Part shown: positions 1 through 9,467 of the stretch, piece after piece | Numbering within the stretch: position 1 is the first letter of the stretch | Layout: every line of letters starts with the position of its first letter | From: a bacterium | Lineage (GTDB): Bacteria; Patescibacteriota; Microgenomatia; UBA1400; UBA12108 | Direction of reading: 5' to 3' | NCBI GenBank assembly: GCA_021788365.1 | Contig: JAJYKS010000001.1 | Span: 137,962-201,961, forward strand | Length of the DNA: 64,000 nt | The notes under the pieces: generated by a model | Seen by the model: only the letters and a program-made list of their open reading frames with translations | The model's database searches: none | What the model was told of the DNA's origin: nothing | Program-made: the position numbers and the translations under genes

Positions 1-660
1 AGGACCGTTAAAAACACCATATAGTACACGTGTAAGTAGATATATCCTTCCCTCGGGATCGCGAAACATTGGAATAAAAAATTGTAACGGGCTGTATGTA
101 CTTGGTTCAATATTTACCTCTATCCTAGCAATAAGCACCATTACCACGACACCAACGAGCGCACCTGCCATATACGTAGCTGTGTATGAATGGGTACGTG
201 ATATAACGTAGGTAATAATTGGTACTACGATAATACTCACTGTATTCATAACAGATGATTTGGTACTAATGTACTTTGTTCCCTCTTCTCCTCGTATTAT
301 TGCTGCGGCGACTAAGCTGTATGCCACCGACTGTATACCGACGCTTGCCCCAGCAATAGTTGCGATCGGGATGAGCATAGTTTCGAGGTTATTTTGAAAA
401 AGAATCACACTAATCGCCTGCAACATACCACAGGCTATGGAGATTATATATACCTTTTGTGCACCCCATTTTCCAACCAGCGATCCAGAAATTTGGCTGA
501 AAATCATAATCGATGTAAATAGTGTTATGTAATAAGTCAAGATACTCGAAGCTTCTTTTGTTTTGTCCCAAATAAAAATTCCCACGAGAGAGCTGAGAAC
601 AAAATCGAAAATTACATATAAACCAAGAATAACGAGGAATGTTTTTTGATTTTTGGTCAT
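1..660 (-). CDS. MFS-type transporter, N-terminal part (gene runs off the window start)
   Basis: Reverse-strand ORF starting ATG at 660-658 (MTKNQKTFLVILGLYVIFDF...) read by eye, open to position 1. Hydrophobic TM segments and GSLVGKWGAQKV resembling MFS motif A. Not in the ORF track because it lacks a stop inside the window. Confidence 0.5.
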   Translation of the reverse strand, partial: MTKNQKTFLVILGLYVIFDFVLSSLVGIFIWDKTKEASSILTYYITLFTSIMIFSQISGSLVGKWGAQKVYIISIACGMLQAISVILFQNNLETMLIPIATIAGASVGIQSVAYSLVAAAIIRGEEGTKYISTKSSVMNTVSIIVVPIITYVISRTHSYTATYMAGALVGVVVMVLIARIEVNIEPSTYSPLQFFIPMFRDPEGRIYLLTRVLYGVFNGP

Positions 661-771
661 AATAATTTGTTATTTCGATGTCGTAGGGTCTTAATCGAAA
701 TTTCTTTTGGTGTGGTGTTGCGATGCCTTGACCATAGGTGGATACTACTATAATTCGAATTAAGGTAGTAA

Positions 772-1413
772 TTATTCCTTTGTTACGTCTACTATGCGGT
801 ACCAATCGTCACGAACTTCTACGTACTGAGTATCGGTGAGTGGAATAATTGGATAGGAAACGGTGTAGGCTATGGGAAGTTTGGTTTCCATATAGGTTTT
901 GCGTTTATCGGCATTGCCCCAGTGAGGAAGGATGGCAAAATTCACTATGCCGTAACTGGCGGTACTACTTAGTCCGCTGTCTGCAGCACTATGGCCGGCC
1001 CGCTCTGCCGTCCTAATATCCGGTCCCACAATGATAGATCCGGCGCTGGTACCTATATAAATGAGACCATTGTTGATGCGCTCGGTCACGTATGAACTAA
1101 ACTTGTTCTCCAGAGAGTGCTTCAACATGTTGAAGGGGTTGCCGCCCTCGACATACATGATCTCGTATTTACCTAGGTCATGGACAATGTCTGCGGAAGT
1201 TTTGCCGGTAATGTCGTAGTCTACGAAATTGAAACCTGAGTTTTTCAACTGGCGACGATTCTCGTTATGCCACTCTAGTTCTTCGGCGGTGTGTTTTCTC
1301 CCAGATAGTGGTGTGGTAATAAAGACACCTGGCTTTTTTGTGTCGTCGCCCAGTTTTTTGGCAATACTCGCGGCAACGAATTGGACTTGGGAGGTAAGAA
1401 AGAGACGCTTCAT
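772..1413 (-). CDS. Peptidase S51 family (PepE / cyanophycinase-like) protein
   Basis: 213 aa; GTSAGS nucleophile-elbow, HWGN and EGGNPF motifs typical of S51 dipeptidase E family; paralog of the upstream gene. Confidence 0.7.
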   Translation of the reverse strand: MKRLFLTSQVQFVAASIAKKLGDDTKKPGVFITTPLSGRKHTAEELEWHNENRRQLKNSGFNFVDYDITGKTSADIVHDLGKYEIMYVEGGNPFNMLKHSLENKFSSYVTERINNGLIYIGTSAGSIIVGPDIRTAERAGHSAADSGLSSTASYGIVNFAILPHWGNADKRKTYMETKLPIAYTVSYPIIPLTDTQYVEVRDDWYRIVDVTKE

Positions 1414-2057
1414 TTTTCGCTCCGCACGTCGACAATGCGATACCAGTCGCCGTTTACTTCAACGTATTCATTGTCATTGAGGAGGATGTATGGCACGTCA
1501 TCTGGAGCGTAAATTTCGGCCATGCGCCCGTTGAGATATCTCTCTTTAAACCATGGACTACCCCAGTGCGGAAGAACTGTGAAGTTAACTATGTGGTAGC
1601 AGGTGGTATCGGAGAGGCGTGGTGAGGCATCTGATTCAATGAGATATCCTGGCATTACGGGTCCCGTAATGATGGAGCCTGCGCTTGTGCTCACGTATGG
1701 CCTCCCCGTGTTTACAAAATCATGTACAAAATCGACAAACCCGGATGCACGAGATTGTTGCAGCAGATAAGGAGTATCGCCGCCAGATACGTACAAAACG
1801 TTAATGTCACCTAGGTCTTTATCTAATTGTTTACGCGTTTTCCCGGTTACGGTGTAGTCAAATACCATAAAACCGGCAGAAACCATGGCATCGCGATCTT
1901 CTTTTAGCCAGGACAAATCTTCTTGCTCGCTTGGCGGCTCGACGGGAGTTGTAATAAAAGCCGTTTTTAGTGGCTTGTTGCTACCGATTTTGGAATAGAC
2001 GGAAGCCGCAACCCCGGGAGTTCCAATACTACTTGTCAAGAAAAGTCGTTTTATCAT
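1410..2057 (-). CDS. Peptidase S51 family protein (tandem paralog)
   Basis: 215 aa; same architecture (STSAGS, HWGS, SGGDTPY); shares N-terminal MxKRLFLTS and C-terminal GDWYRIVDV with neighbour; 4-bp ATGA overlap with downstream paralog. Confidence 0.7.
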   Translation of the reverse strand: MIKRLFLTSSIGTPGVAASVYSKIGSNKPLKTAFITTPVEPPSEQEDLSWLKEDRDAMVSAGFMVFDYTVTGKTRKQLDKDLGDINVLYVSGGDTPYLLQQSRASGFVDFVHDFVNTGRPYVSTSAGSIITGPVMPGYLIESDASPRLSDTTCYHIVNFTVLPHWGSPWFKERYLNGRMAEIYAPDDVPYILLNDNEYVEVNGDWYRIVDVRSEK

Positions 2058-2061
2058 GCGA

Positions 2062-2586
2062 CTATTTTAGCAGCTTGTCCCATTCGCCGGACCAGAATCG
2101 ACGTAGTACGCGCGTCGTACGATCCGCGACCGTGTGCGTGGCGGAGAATTTTGTAAAATCGGCTTCTGTTACCCAAGCATATTCGTCTACCTCACCCGGA
2201 TCTATAGCAATCTTTGCTCCACTGGATTTTCCCAGGAACCAGTGGCAGTAATGTGTTTCGCTTGGCATAGCTACGCGTTCGCGGAATAGGTGGACGAGAC
2301 GGGGTACGTCAAAACCCATCTCTTCTACCAGTTCTTTGTGGGCAGTTTTTTCTATTGAATCGCCGTAGGTGACGTGGCCGGCGGCAGTTGTAACCCACAA
2401 GCTAGGGTTTACTTTTTTTGTGTGGCTGCGGAGTTGTAACAATACGCTACGGTTGTTGTCGACAATAAGATCGGCTATTTCGACATGAAGGTATTTAGGA
2501 TCGCTATTTGCCAGTGTACGAGGAATAACTTGGATAAGGGTTTCATTTCTGTCGACCCAAGCGACCATTTCTCCATCATCGGTCAT
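2062..2586 (-). CDS. NUDIX hydrolase
   Basis: 174 aa; Nudix box GHVTYGDSIEKTAHKELVEEMGF (Gx5Ex7REUxEExGU pattern). Confidence 0.75.
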   Translation of the reverse strand: MTDDGEMVAWVDRNETLIQVIPRTLANSDPKYLHVEIADLIVDNNRSVLLQLRSHTKKVNPSLWVTTAAGHVTYGDSIEKTAHKELVEEMGFDVPRLVHLFRERVAMPSETHYCHWFLGKSSGAKIAIDPGEVDEYAWVTEADFTKFSATHTVADRTTRVLRRFWSGEWDKLLK

Positions 2587-2891
2587 TTCTTTACTTTCGG
2601 ACGGTCGATCTTATCAAGGCCGAGGCCATGAACGACAAAGTAAACGACGGCGGCGATAATCGTAAAGTCGACCAGATTCCCGAGGAAGTCACCCCACATG
2701 AGTCGTACGGGGCCGAGGACGAGGGTAGCGTTTTTTAGATCGCCGACGGCGCCTAAAATGGGGCCGAGGAGCGGGTTGATGATGTCGGTAACCAGCGAAG
2801 TTACCAGTTTGGAGACGGCGCCACCCAAAAGAAAGCCTACGGCAAGTCCCATGACCCCTTGTTCACGAATAAAATTGAGAAAACCTTTCAT
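2583..2891 (-). CDS. mscL: Large-conductance mechanosensitive channel MscL
   Basis: 102 aa; N-terminal FxxFxxRGNVxDLAVGxxxGxAF-like sequence (FLNFIREQGVMGLAVGFLLGGAVSKLVTSLVTDII), two TM helices, basic C-tail; length typical of MscL. Confidence 0.8.
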   Translation of the reverse strand: MKGFLNFIREQGVMGLAVGFLLGGAVSKLVTSLVTDIINPLLGPILGAVGDLKNATLVLGPVRLMWGDFLGNLVDFTIIAAVVYFVVHGLGLDKIDRPKVKK

Positions 2892-2908
2892 GTATTACAC
2901 TATACTCC

Positions 2909-3718
2909 ATGACACTTAGACTCATCTCGTGTAACTGTTTTGATGTATCGCTTATCAATCGTCGGCGGGCAAAGAAGATCCGCCTTCTTGCTAAAGAACT
3001 CGCTTACCTCGCCCCTGATTTACTTTGCCTTCAAGAACTCATTTCCCACCGACATCGACGCTATATGGAATCACTCCTCACTTCTCAGGGCTACCGTACG
3101 GTGTATACGCCCAATCGTATGCGAACAACAGCCGGTGGGCTATTTTTTGCCAGCCGACTGCCAATCGTGGCACACTATTTTGTTCCCTACGCACAACAGG
3201 GTATAAAAATGTCTATGCAACTCGGCGATCGATTGCTTACCAAAGGTTGCCAAATAGTTCGTGTGCGGGCACATCACGCAACATTCACCATAGTACACAC
3301 CCATATGGCGGACGTATACAACGAGCATAGTACGCGCCAGAGAGCCATACACCATAAGCAACTTACCGAGCTGGGTGCAATTATCTCAACACTTACCCCA
3401 CCACTACTTCTTGTCGGCGACCTTGAAGAACGGACAGGTACTTCTCCCTATTTTCGCCGACTTATTAAAACAACTGGACTTGTCGATGTGACTAACCATT
3501 TGCCAGACCGAATACAGTCGACCAATACCAATGTCGCCTACATAAATGCACATTCTCCTATTCGCGAAGAGCCGGGGAAATATGACTATATCCTCGCCTC
3601 TCCATCTCTCCAGGCAGCGGCAGCTGCGGAACTCATTTTTACTGAGCCGTCTCGGGTTGGCAGACATGATGAGCACTTAACTGACCACTATCCCCTGGAC
3701 TTGACACTTAATCTGTAA
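2909..3718 (+). CDS. Endonuclease/exonuclease/phosphatase (EEP) family protein
   Basis: 269 aa; LCLQEL near N-terminus and C-terminal TDHYPL (SDHxP-like) motif typical of EEP fold. Confidence 0.65.
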   Translation: MTLRLISCNCFDVSLINRRRAKKIRLLAKELAYLAPDLLCLQELISHRHRRYMESLLTSQGYRTVYTPNRMRTTAGGLFFASRLPIVAHYFVPYAQQGIKMSMQLGDRLLTKGCQIVRVRAHHATFTIVHTHMADVYNEHSTRQRAIHHKQLTELGAIISTLTPPLLLVGDLEERTGTSPYFRRLIKTTGLVDVTNHLPDRIQSTNTNVAYINAHSPIREEPGKYDYILASPSLQAAAAAELIFTEPSRVGRHDEHLTDHYPLDLTLNL

Positions 3719-3732
3719 AAGTGTGCTATACT
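3702..3732 (+). promoter_or_regulatory. Candidate sigma70-type promoter (TTGACA-N19-TGcTATACT, extended -10) for the RRM gene
   Basis: TTGACA at 3702-3707, TG at 3724-3725, TATACT at 3727-3732. Spacer is 19 bp (slightly long). Would give a roughly 100-nt 5' UTR before ATG 3838. Confidence 0.35.
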
Positions 3733-3837
3733 ACCATCTAGTTATTTATGTGCGCTTACTTTTCCCGACGTCAGTGAGTTTTTCCTGAACCGGTACGGCA
3801 GTGAAGTGTTGGCACGAACACAATGGAGGTGCCTATC

Positions 3838-4170
3838 ATGGCAACCAAACTCTTTGTCGGTAGTCTCGCCTGGGCGACGACTGACGATTCATTAAAAAAC
3901 TTCTTTTCCCAGGTAGGAGCTGTCGCATCTGCCCGTGTCATCACTGACCGTGCTACTGGTCGCTCTAAAGGCTTCGGCTTTGTCGAGATGGCAAATGATG
4001 CTGACGCACAGAAAGCCATCCAAGAGCTCAACGGAAAAGAGCTCGACGGTCGCGCAATCGTTGTAAACGAAGCGCGTCCCATGGAACCCCGCAACGGCGG
4101 TGGTTTCGGTGGTGGTCGCCCCGGGTTCAACCGCGGTGGCAATGGCGGCGGGTACAACCGCAGCTACTAA
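3838..4170 (+). CDS. RNA-binding protein with RRM domain and Gly-rich C-terminal tail
   Basis: RNP2 LFVGSL and RNP1 KGFGFVEM motifs; GGGFGGGRPGFNRGGNGGGYN tail. GGAGG RBS 8 nt upstream of ATG 3838; the upstream in-frame ATG at 3823 lacks an RBS. Confidence 0.85.
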   Translation: MATKLFVGSLAWATTDDSLKNFFSQVGAVASARVITDRATGRSKGFGFVEMANDADAQKAIQELNGKELDGRAIVVNEARPMEPRNGGGFGGGRPGFNRGGNGGGYNRSY

Positions 4171-4203
4171 GATTCTAGAAATTAGATTTTAGAAAATAGC
4201 AAA

Positions 4204-4232
4204 CCCCACTTCGTAAGAAGTGGGGTTTTGTT
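4204..4232 (+). terminator. Rho-independent terminator
   Basis: 9-bp GC-rich stem CCCCACTTC/GAAGTGGGG with GTAA loop followed by TTTTGTT, 34 nt after the RRM stop codon. Confidence 0.7.
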
Positions 4233-4271
4233 CAGATATTTTTCAGCTATACATCTATAATAGTTAGGTAT

Positions 4272-4955
4272 ATGAAACTTCTGGTCGTCGAGGATGAACA
4301 CAGGATAGCCGGCGCCCTTAAAAAAGGTCTTGAACAGGAGGGCTATATTGTAGACGTGGCATATACCGGTACTGATGGCTACGATATGGCGGCAACGGTA
4401 CCGTACGACCTCATTGTTCTTGATCTTATGCTTCCTGGCATGGATGGTACCACTGTCACCAAAAAACTCCGCGAAGAATCTATACATACACCTATTCTTA
4501 TGCTCACGGCTCGGGGACAGGTGGCTGATAAAGTGGCTGGACTTTCTGCGGGTGCGGATGACTATCTCGCAAAACCTTTTGCCTTTGAGGAACTCTTGGC
4601 GCGCGTACGGGCAGTGACCCGTCGGCCGCGCGAGACGGCGAGCACGGTGCTTTCTGCCGAAGGACTCACTCTAGATATCACGACGTATCAGGTGGCACGT
4701 GACGGAACCTCTATTACCCTCTCTAGCAAGGAATATGCTCTCCTCGAATATTTATTGCGTAACTCTGGCCGCGTGCTCACCAAAGATCAGATAATAGATC
4801 ACGTGTGGGATTACGACGCTGACGTACTCCCGAATACTGTCGAGGTGTATATACGTAATTTGCGCAAGAAAATCGACATCCCCTTCCCGGATAAGCCCGC
4901 ACTCATCCATACCACCCGTGGATTTGGCTATAGCATAGGTACCCCACATGTTTAA
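4272..4955 (+). CDS. OmpR/PhoB-family response regulator
   Basis: Receiver domain (LLVVEDE, DLIVLDLMLPGMDG phospho-Asp region) plus winged-helix output (VWDYDxD, TRGFGY). Confidence 0.9.
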   Translation: MKLLVVEDEHRIAGALKKGLEQEGYIVDVAYTGTDGYDMAATVPYDLIVLDLMLPGMDGTTVTKKLREESIHTPILMLTARGQVADKVAGLSAGADDYLAKPFAFEELLARVRAVTRRPRETASTVLSAEGLTLDITTYQVARDGTSITLSSKEYALLEYLLRNSGRVLTKDQIIDHVWDYDADVLPNTVEVYIRNLRKKIDIPFPDKPALIHTTRGFGYSIGTPHV

Positions 4956-6090
4956 GAAAGCACGACTTAAACTGACGGCGTGGTATTTGGCAATCATCAT
5001 GCTGGTGTCTGCCACTTTTTCGGTGGCCATCTATCGTGTGCTCATTACCGAAGTTATCCGCGTAGCCCGCAGTCAGCAAATGCGCATCGAACGACTCTAT
5101 TTCGGCCCCACTTACAATACCACGCTCCCGCCAACTATTTACTTTGATACCGATCTTTTGACCGAAACTCAGCGACGGCTCATTTTTAGCCTCATTCTTA
5201 TCAACAGCGGCATCTTCGTTTTAGCTGCGTCGGTTGGTTATATTCTGGCCGGTAAAACACTGTCTCCCATTCAGGAGATGATGGATGAACAGGGTCGGTT
5301 TATCTCTGACGCCTCACACGAGCTCAAAACTCCACTCACCGCGCTTAAAAGTAGTATGGAAGTATATCTCCGTGATCCGTCGCCCACACTCGACGAGGCA
5401 AAATCTGTTGTTACCGATAGCATTACCGATATCAACCGTTTGCAAGCCTTGTCTGAATCTCTTCTCGCGCTCTCCGCGTATCAGCAGCCACTTTCCTCGC
5501 AGCTATCGCTTACTACGACTACGCTCGGTGCGGCAGTTGCCCAAGCAATAGAGCGTACGCGTGCAAAAGCGGCACTTCGCCACATCACAGTGAAAACTGT
5601 TGGTGCGCCTGCGGCAAAAATGGTCATTCAGGCAGATCCGCCAAAGCTTGCTGACGCTGCTGTTATACTCCTCGATAATGCGATCAAATACAGCAAGCGT
5701 GGAGGCACCGTCACCATCCGAACGGCATTGCATGGAGATGTTGCGATTCTTAGCGTTGCTGACACTGGAATCGGTATTGCCGAGGCGGATCTACCCCACA
5801 TTTTTGATCGTTTCTATCGCGCTGACTCTGCTCGGACACATGCCGATGAGGGTGGGTATGGCCTTGGATTGTCTATCGCCCAACATATTGCCCATCTCCA
5901 TCAAGGTACTTTGATTGCAACGAGCCGCGCTGGTAAAGGGGCGACGTTTACCCTTTCTCTCCCCCGATCTCCCCGCCTGCAAAACATAATCTCTTCACCA
6001 TTCAGTACATTTTCAGCCGTACGGAGTAAAGTGGTCGCATATGCCAAAAAAATTGTCACTCCCCGTGCAACCGTCACCGGGCGCACATAA
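4948..6090 (+). CDS. Sensor histidine kinase
   Basis: Two N-terminal TM segments; H-box SHELKTPLTALKS; G-boxes DTGIGI and GGYGLGLSIA. Overlaps the RR gene by 8 bp. C-terminal roughly 45 aa tail uncertain. Confidence 0.85.
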   Translation: MFKKARLKLTAWYLAIIMLVSATFSVAIYRVLITEVIRVARSQQMRIERLYFGPTYNTTLPPTIYFDTDLLTETQRRLIFSLILINSGIFVLAASVGYILAGKTLSPIQEMMDEQGRFISDASHELKTPLTALKSSMEVYLRDPSPTLDEAKSVVTDSITDINRLQALSESLLALSAYQQPLSSQLSLTTTTLGAAVAQAIERTRAKAALRHITVKTVGAPAAKMVIQADPPKLADAAVILLDNAIKYSKRGGTVTIRTALHGDVAILSVADTGIGIAEADLPHIFDRFYRADSARTHADEGGYGLGLSIAQHIAHLHQGTLIATSRAGKGATFTLSLPRSPRLQNIISSPFSTFSAVRSKVVAYAKKIVTPRATVTGRT

Positions 6091-7405
6091 GCCGGAGGTA
6101 GTACCCGTTTCGGCCCTCAAAAAACAGCGGTCTACGCTTTTTGCGCGAATAGCAAAGCTACCGTTCACCTTAAAGATCGTCGGAGCACTTATCATTGTTT
6201 TTGCCCTTTGGTTTGGGTGGAGTAGGTTGCAGGCTGGAAAGGCGGGACAGCCAACCTACCAAACAGCACAGGCGGCGACCGGCGACCTCGTCGTGTCGGT
6301 GACGGGTAGCGGCAGCGTCACCGCAACCAATAATGTGACCGTCTCTACTCAGGCAACAGGAGTGGTAACAAAGGTATATGTAAAGGACGGTGATACTGTA
6401 AAGGCTGGACAAAAGTTGGCAGATCTAGAGCTTGACACCAATGGTCAGCAAAACTATGCCTCGGCACTTGCCAGCTATGAGGGTGCAAAAAATGCTCTTG
6501 CTTCGGCACAGAATGCACTCTACACATCACAGTCTTCCATGCTTTCCAAGTGGAACTCGTACTACAGTCTTGCAACCAACAACTATTATCAGGATAGCAG
6601 CGGCGCACCGCAGCACCGTACCGAACAACCTATTGTCCAGGCCCAGGACGATTGGCTCGCGGCAGAGGCCGCATATAAGCAGCAACAACAAACAATAGCG
6701 CAAGCACAGACGTCTCTGTCATCGAGCTATTTGTCTTACCTGCAACACACGCCATCAATATACGCACCTATTTCAGGAACTATCTCCGGATTCTCCCTTC
6801 AGAACGGGACGGTTGTCAATGCGACGACGAGTACCAGCGGGAGTAGTCTCGCCACCAAAATCGCGAGTGTGGTCACTGGCGCCAAGCCGTCTATTGTGAT
6901 TACGCTCACCGAAGTGGATATTACCAAAGTAAAAGCCGGTGACAAGGCAACCATTACCGCCGATTCCCAGCCAGATAAGACGTTTACCGGTAGAGTAGTG
7001 TCTGTCGATACGGTTGGCTCGGTTTCCTCGGGGGTCACCAGTTATTCTGTCTACCTTAGTCTCGATACCGATGAGCCCGATCTCTACCCCAACATGAGTG
7101 CGACAGCCAATATCATCACAAAAGTAGACAACAATGTCCTCACCGTTCCCTCGAGCGCAGTCACAACTGCAAACGGCGTCTCGACCGTACAAGTGATGAA
7201 GAATGGCGCCCCGCAAACGGTGACCGTGCAGACGGGCGATTCGAGCGACACCGACACTGTGATTACCTCGGGCCTCTCGGCCGGCGACACGGTGGTGACC
7301 GCGACCATTCAGCCTACTACCAGTTCGACCAGTAGCTCACAGCAGTCCGTGTTCAGCTCGTTCGGGGGACGCACTGGTGGCGCCACGCGAGTACTGTCGA
7401 GATAA
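6041..7405 (+). CDS. HlyD/MacA-family periplasmic adaptor (membrane fusion protein)
   Basis: N-terminal TM anchor, biotinyl/lipoyl-like hairpin (VTKVYVKDGDTVKAGQKLADLELD), long coiled-coil Q/A-rich stretch, beta-barrel C-terminal region. Annotated start overlaps the HK by 50 bp, so the true start may be downstream. Confidence 0.6.
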   Translation: MPKKLSLPVQPSPGAHKPEVVPVSALKKQRSTLFARIAKLPFTLKIVGALIIVFALWFGWSRLQAGKAGQPTYQTAQAATGDLVVSVTGSGSVTATNNVTVSTQATGVVTKVYVKDGDTVKAGQKLADLELDTNGQQNYASALASYEGAKNALASAQNALYTSQSSMLSKWNSYYSLATNNYYQDSSGAPQHRTEQPIVQAQDDWLAAEAAYKQQQQTIAQAQTSLSSSYLSYLQHTPSIYAPISGTISGFSLQNGTVVNATTSTSGSSLATKIASVVTGAKPSIVITLTEVDITKVKAGDKATITADSQPDKTFTGRVVSVDTVGSVSSGVTSYSVYLSLDTDEPDLYPNMSATANIITKVDNNVLTVPSSAVTTANGVSTVQVMKNGAPQTVTVQTGDSSDTDTVITSGLSAGDTVVTATIQPTTSSTSSSQQSVFSSFGGRTGGATRVLSR

Positions 7406-7428
7406 CTCGGATAATTCAGAAAGCCAGA

Positions 7429-8178
7429 ATGCCAAAAAACCAGAAAAATCAGACCGTCATCTCAGTTGAAAATATCTCAAAAGTTTACCAAGTGGGCGAA
7501 GTGGAGACGGTGGCTCTGGATACTGTGTCTTTTACGATCGCCAAGGGCGAGTTTGTGGCGATCATGGGACCATCGGGGTCAGGTAAGTCGACTTTGATGC
7601 ATATCCTCGGGGCGCTGGATACCCCCACATCTGGCACCTATACTTTAGACGGTGAACTCGTGTCCAGCCTCTCCGACGATGAGCTTGCTGATATACGCAA
7701 TCGCAAGATTGGGTTTATTTTCCAAGCTTTTAACCTCCTTCCCCGGACTACTGCCCTCCACAACGTGATGTTGCCCATGGCCTACGCCGGGATACCCGTG
7801 GCCGAGCGGGAGGAGCGGGCGGCGGATGCCCTCACCAAAGTAGGTCTTGCCAATCGCATACATCATTACTCTAATCAGCTTTCCGGTGGGCAACAGCAGC
7901 GGGTCGCGATTGCCCGTGGCATAGTCATGGATCCGGCAATTCTTCTGGCCGACGAGCCGACCGGTAATATCGCGAGCAATCAAGCGGATGAGGTGATGGA
8001 AATTTTCCATACCATCCACCGGCAGGGACACACCATAGTGATGATCACCCACGAACCGGATATCGCGGCACATGCGGAGCGGATATTGCATATAAAAGAT
8101 GGAAAACTTGTTAATGATGAGAGGAATACTCAGAAAACTCAGAGGGTCAGAAAGCCGGAGGACCGGAAGACCGGATAA
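7429..8178 (+). CDS. ABC transporter ATP-binding protein (MacB/LolD-like)
   Basis: Walker [13 protein letters not shown] signature [13 protein letters not shown], Walker [12 protein letters not shown]-loop ITHE. Confidence 0.9.
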   Translation: MPKNQKNQTVISVENISKVYQVGEVETVALDTVSFTIAKGEFVAIMGPSGSGKSTLMHILGALDTPTSGTYTLDGELVSSLSDDELADIRNRKIGFIFQAFNLLPRTTALHNVMLPMAYAGIPVAEREERAADALTKVGLANRIHHYSNQLSGGQQQRVAIARGIVMDPAILLADEPTGNIASNQADEVMEIFHTIHRQGHTIVMITHEPDIAAHAERILHIKDGKLVNDERNTQKTQRVRKPEDRKTG

Positions 8179-8183
8179 CATAC

Positions 8184-9407
8184 ATGGATATACGAGAACA
8201 GGTTGTCGAATCATTCAGAACCCTGACCGTGAACAAGTTGCGGACGGGGCTTGCGATCCTGGGTATTGTTATCGGCATCGGGAGTGTGATCGCCCTCATA
8301 TCCCTTGGCCAAGGCAGCCAGCAGATGGTACAAAACCAAATACAGTCTTTGGGCGCAAACCTACTCACCGTGCAACCTGGTTTTTCCCAGTCTGGCAGTG
8401 TACGGGGGGCGGCCGGCGGCGGCACAACACTCACCCTTGACGATGCCCTTGCGCTTTCTACTGACCCCACTATTACCACGGTAAAAAACGTGAGCCCCGA
8501 AGTTTCGAGTAGACAGCAGGTGACGGCTGGGCGCAACAATGCCAACGAGCAGGTTTACGGGGTGTATCCCGCCTATGCCGATATACACAAAATCACGCTT
8601 TCGAGCGGCAGCTTCGTAACAACGAGCGACCTGGCTGCGCAGCGGAAGGTAGCAGTCATCGGCCCCCAAGTTGTTACTGATTTGTTTGCCACCGATGCGA
8701 ATCCTGTGGGACAGAAAATACGTGTTAAGGGCCAAGAATATACCGTCATCGGGGTCACGGCGAGTAAGGGCGGTACCGGCTTCCAAAACCAAGACGCCAT
8801 CATCTATATTCCCCTCTCTACCGCCCAAAAATCCATTACGGGTAGCAGTTCGATAAACTCGATTTCCGTCGAGGCTGCGAGTCAAGACGTCATGACCACG
8901 GCGGAGGACCAGGTTGGCTATGCTCTCTTGAAACGTCATAAAATAGCGGATCCAACGCAAGCCGATTTCTCCATTTTTTCCCAGCAAGACATATTGAATA
9001 CCGCCTCGTCTGTTACCGGTACGTTTACCTCGCTCCTGTCTGGCATCGCCGCAATATCGCTCCTCGTGGGCGGCATCGGGATCATGAACATCATGCTTGT
9101 CACCGTGACGGAGCGGACGCGGGAGATAGGCCTCAGGAAAGCGCTCGGGGCGAAGCGCGCGACCATTATCCGCCAGTTTTTGATTGAGTCCATTATCCTC
9201 ACCATTCTTGGCGGGTGTATTGGTATGGCGTTTGGTGCGACCGTATCATTTATTTTATCCAAGGTTCTCTCGATACCTTTTACGATTACCATGAGTTCTG
9301 TGCTTCTCTCTATCGGGGTATCCGGCGGGATTGGGATTATATTTGGATGGTATCCAGCTAGGACGGCGGCTAAACTGCAGCCCATTGAGGCGCTGCGGTA
9401 CGAATAG
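8184..9407 (+). CDS. ABC transporter permease, MacB/FtsX-like
   Basis: 407 aa; N-terminal TM, large periplasmic domain, C-terminal 3-TM FtsX-type domain (GIMNIMLVTVTERTREIGLRKALGA). Confidence 0.8.
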   Translation: MDIREQVVESFRTLTVNKLRTGLAILGIVIGIGSVIALISLGQGSQQMVQNQIQSLGANLLTVQPGFSQSGSVRGAAGGGTTLTLDDALALSTDPTITTVKNVSPEVSSRQQVTAGRNNANEQVYGVYPAYADIHKITLSSGSFVTTSDLAAQRKVAVIGPQVVTDLFATDANPVGQKIRVKGQEYTVIGVTASKGGTGFQNQDAIIYIPLSTAQKSITGSSSINSISVEAASQDVMTTAEDQVGYALLKRHKIADPTQADFSIFSQQDILNTASSVTGTFTSLLSGIAAISLLVGGIGIMNIMLVTVTERTREIGLRKALGAKRATIIRQFLIESIILTILGGCIGMAFGATVSFILSKVLSIPFTITMSSVLLSIGVSGGIGIIFGWYPARTAAKLQPIEALRYE

Positions 9408-9467
9408 AAGTTCAGAATAATTTCAGAAATTGCGAATAGAATGTGCTTATAAAGAAGGAGGGGCATA

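Noticed and set aside
7645-8987. Minus-strand ORFs 7645..8214, 8147..8545 and 8361..8987 overlapping the ABC ATPase and permease genes
   Set aside because: They are antisense to CDSs carrying clear Walker/ABC-signature and FtsX motifs. They have no motifs of their own and show GC-rich antisense artefact composition.
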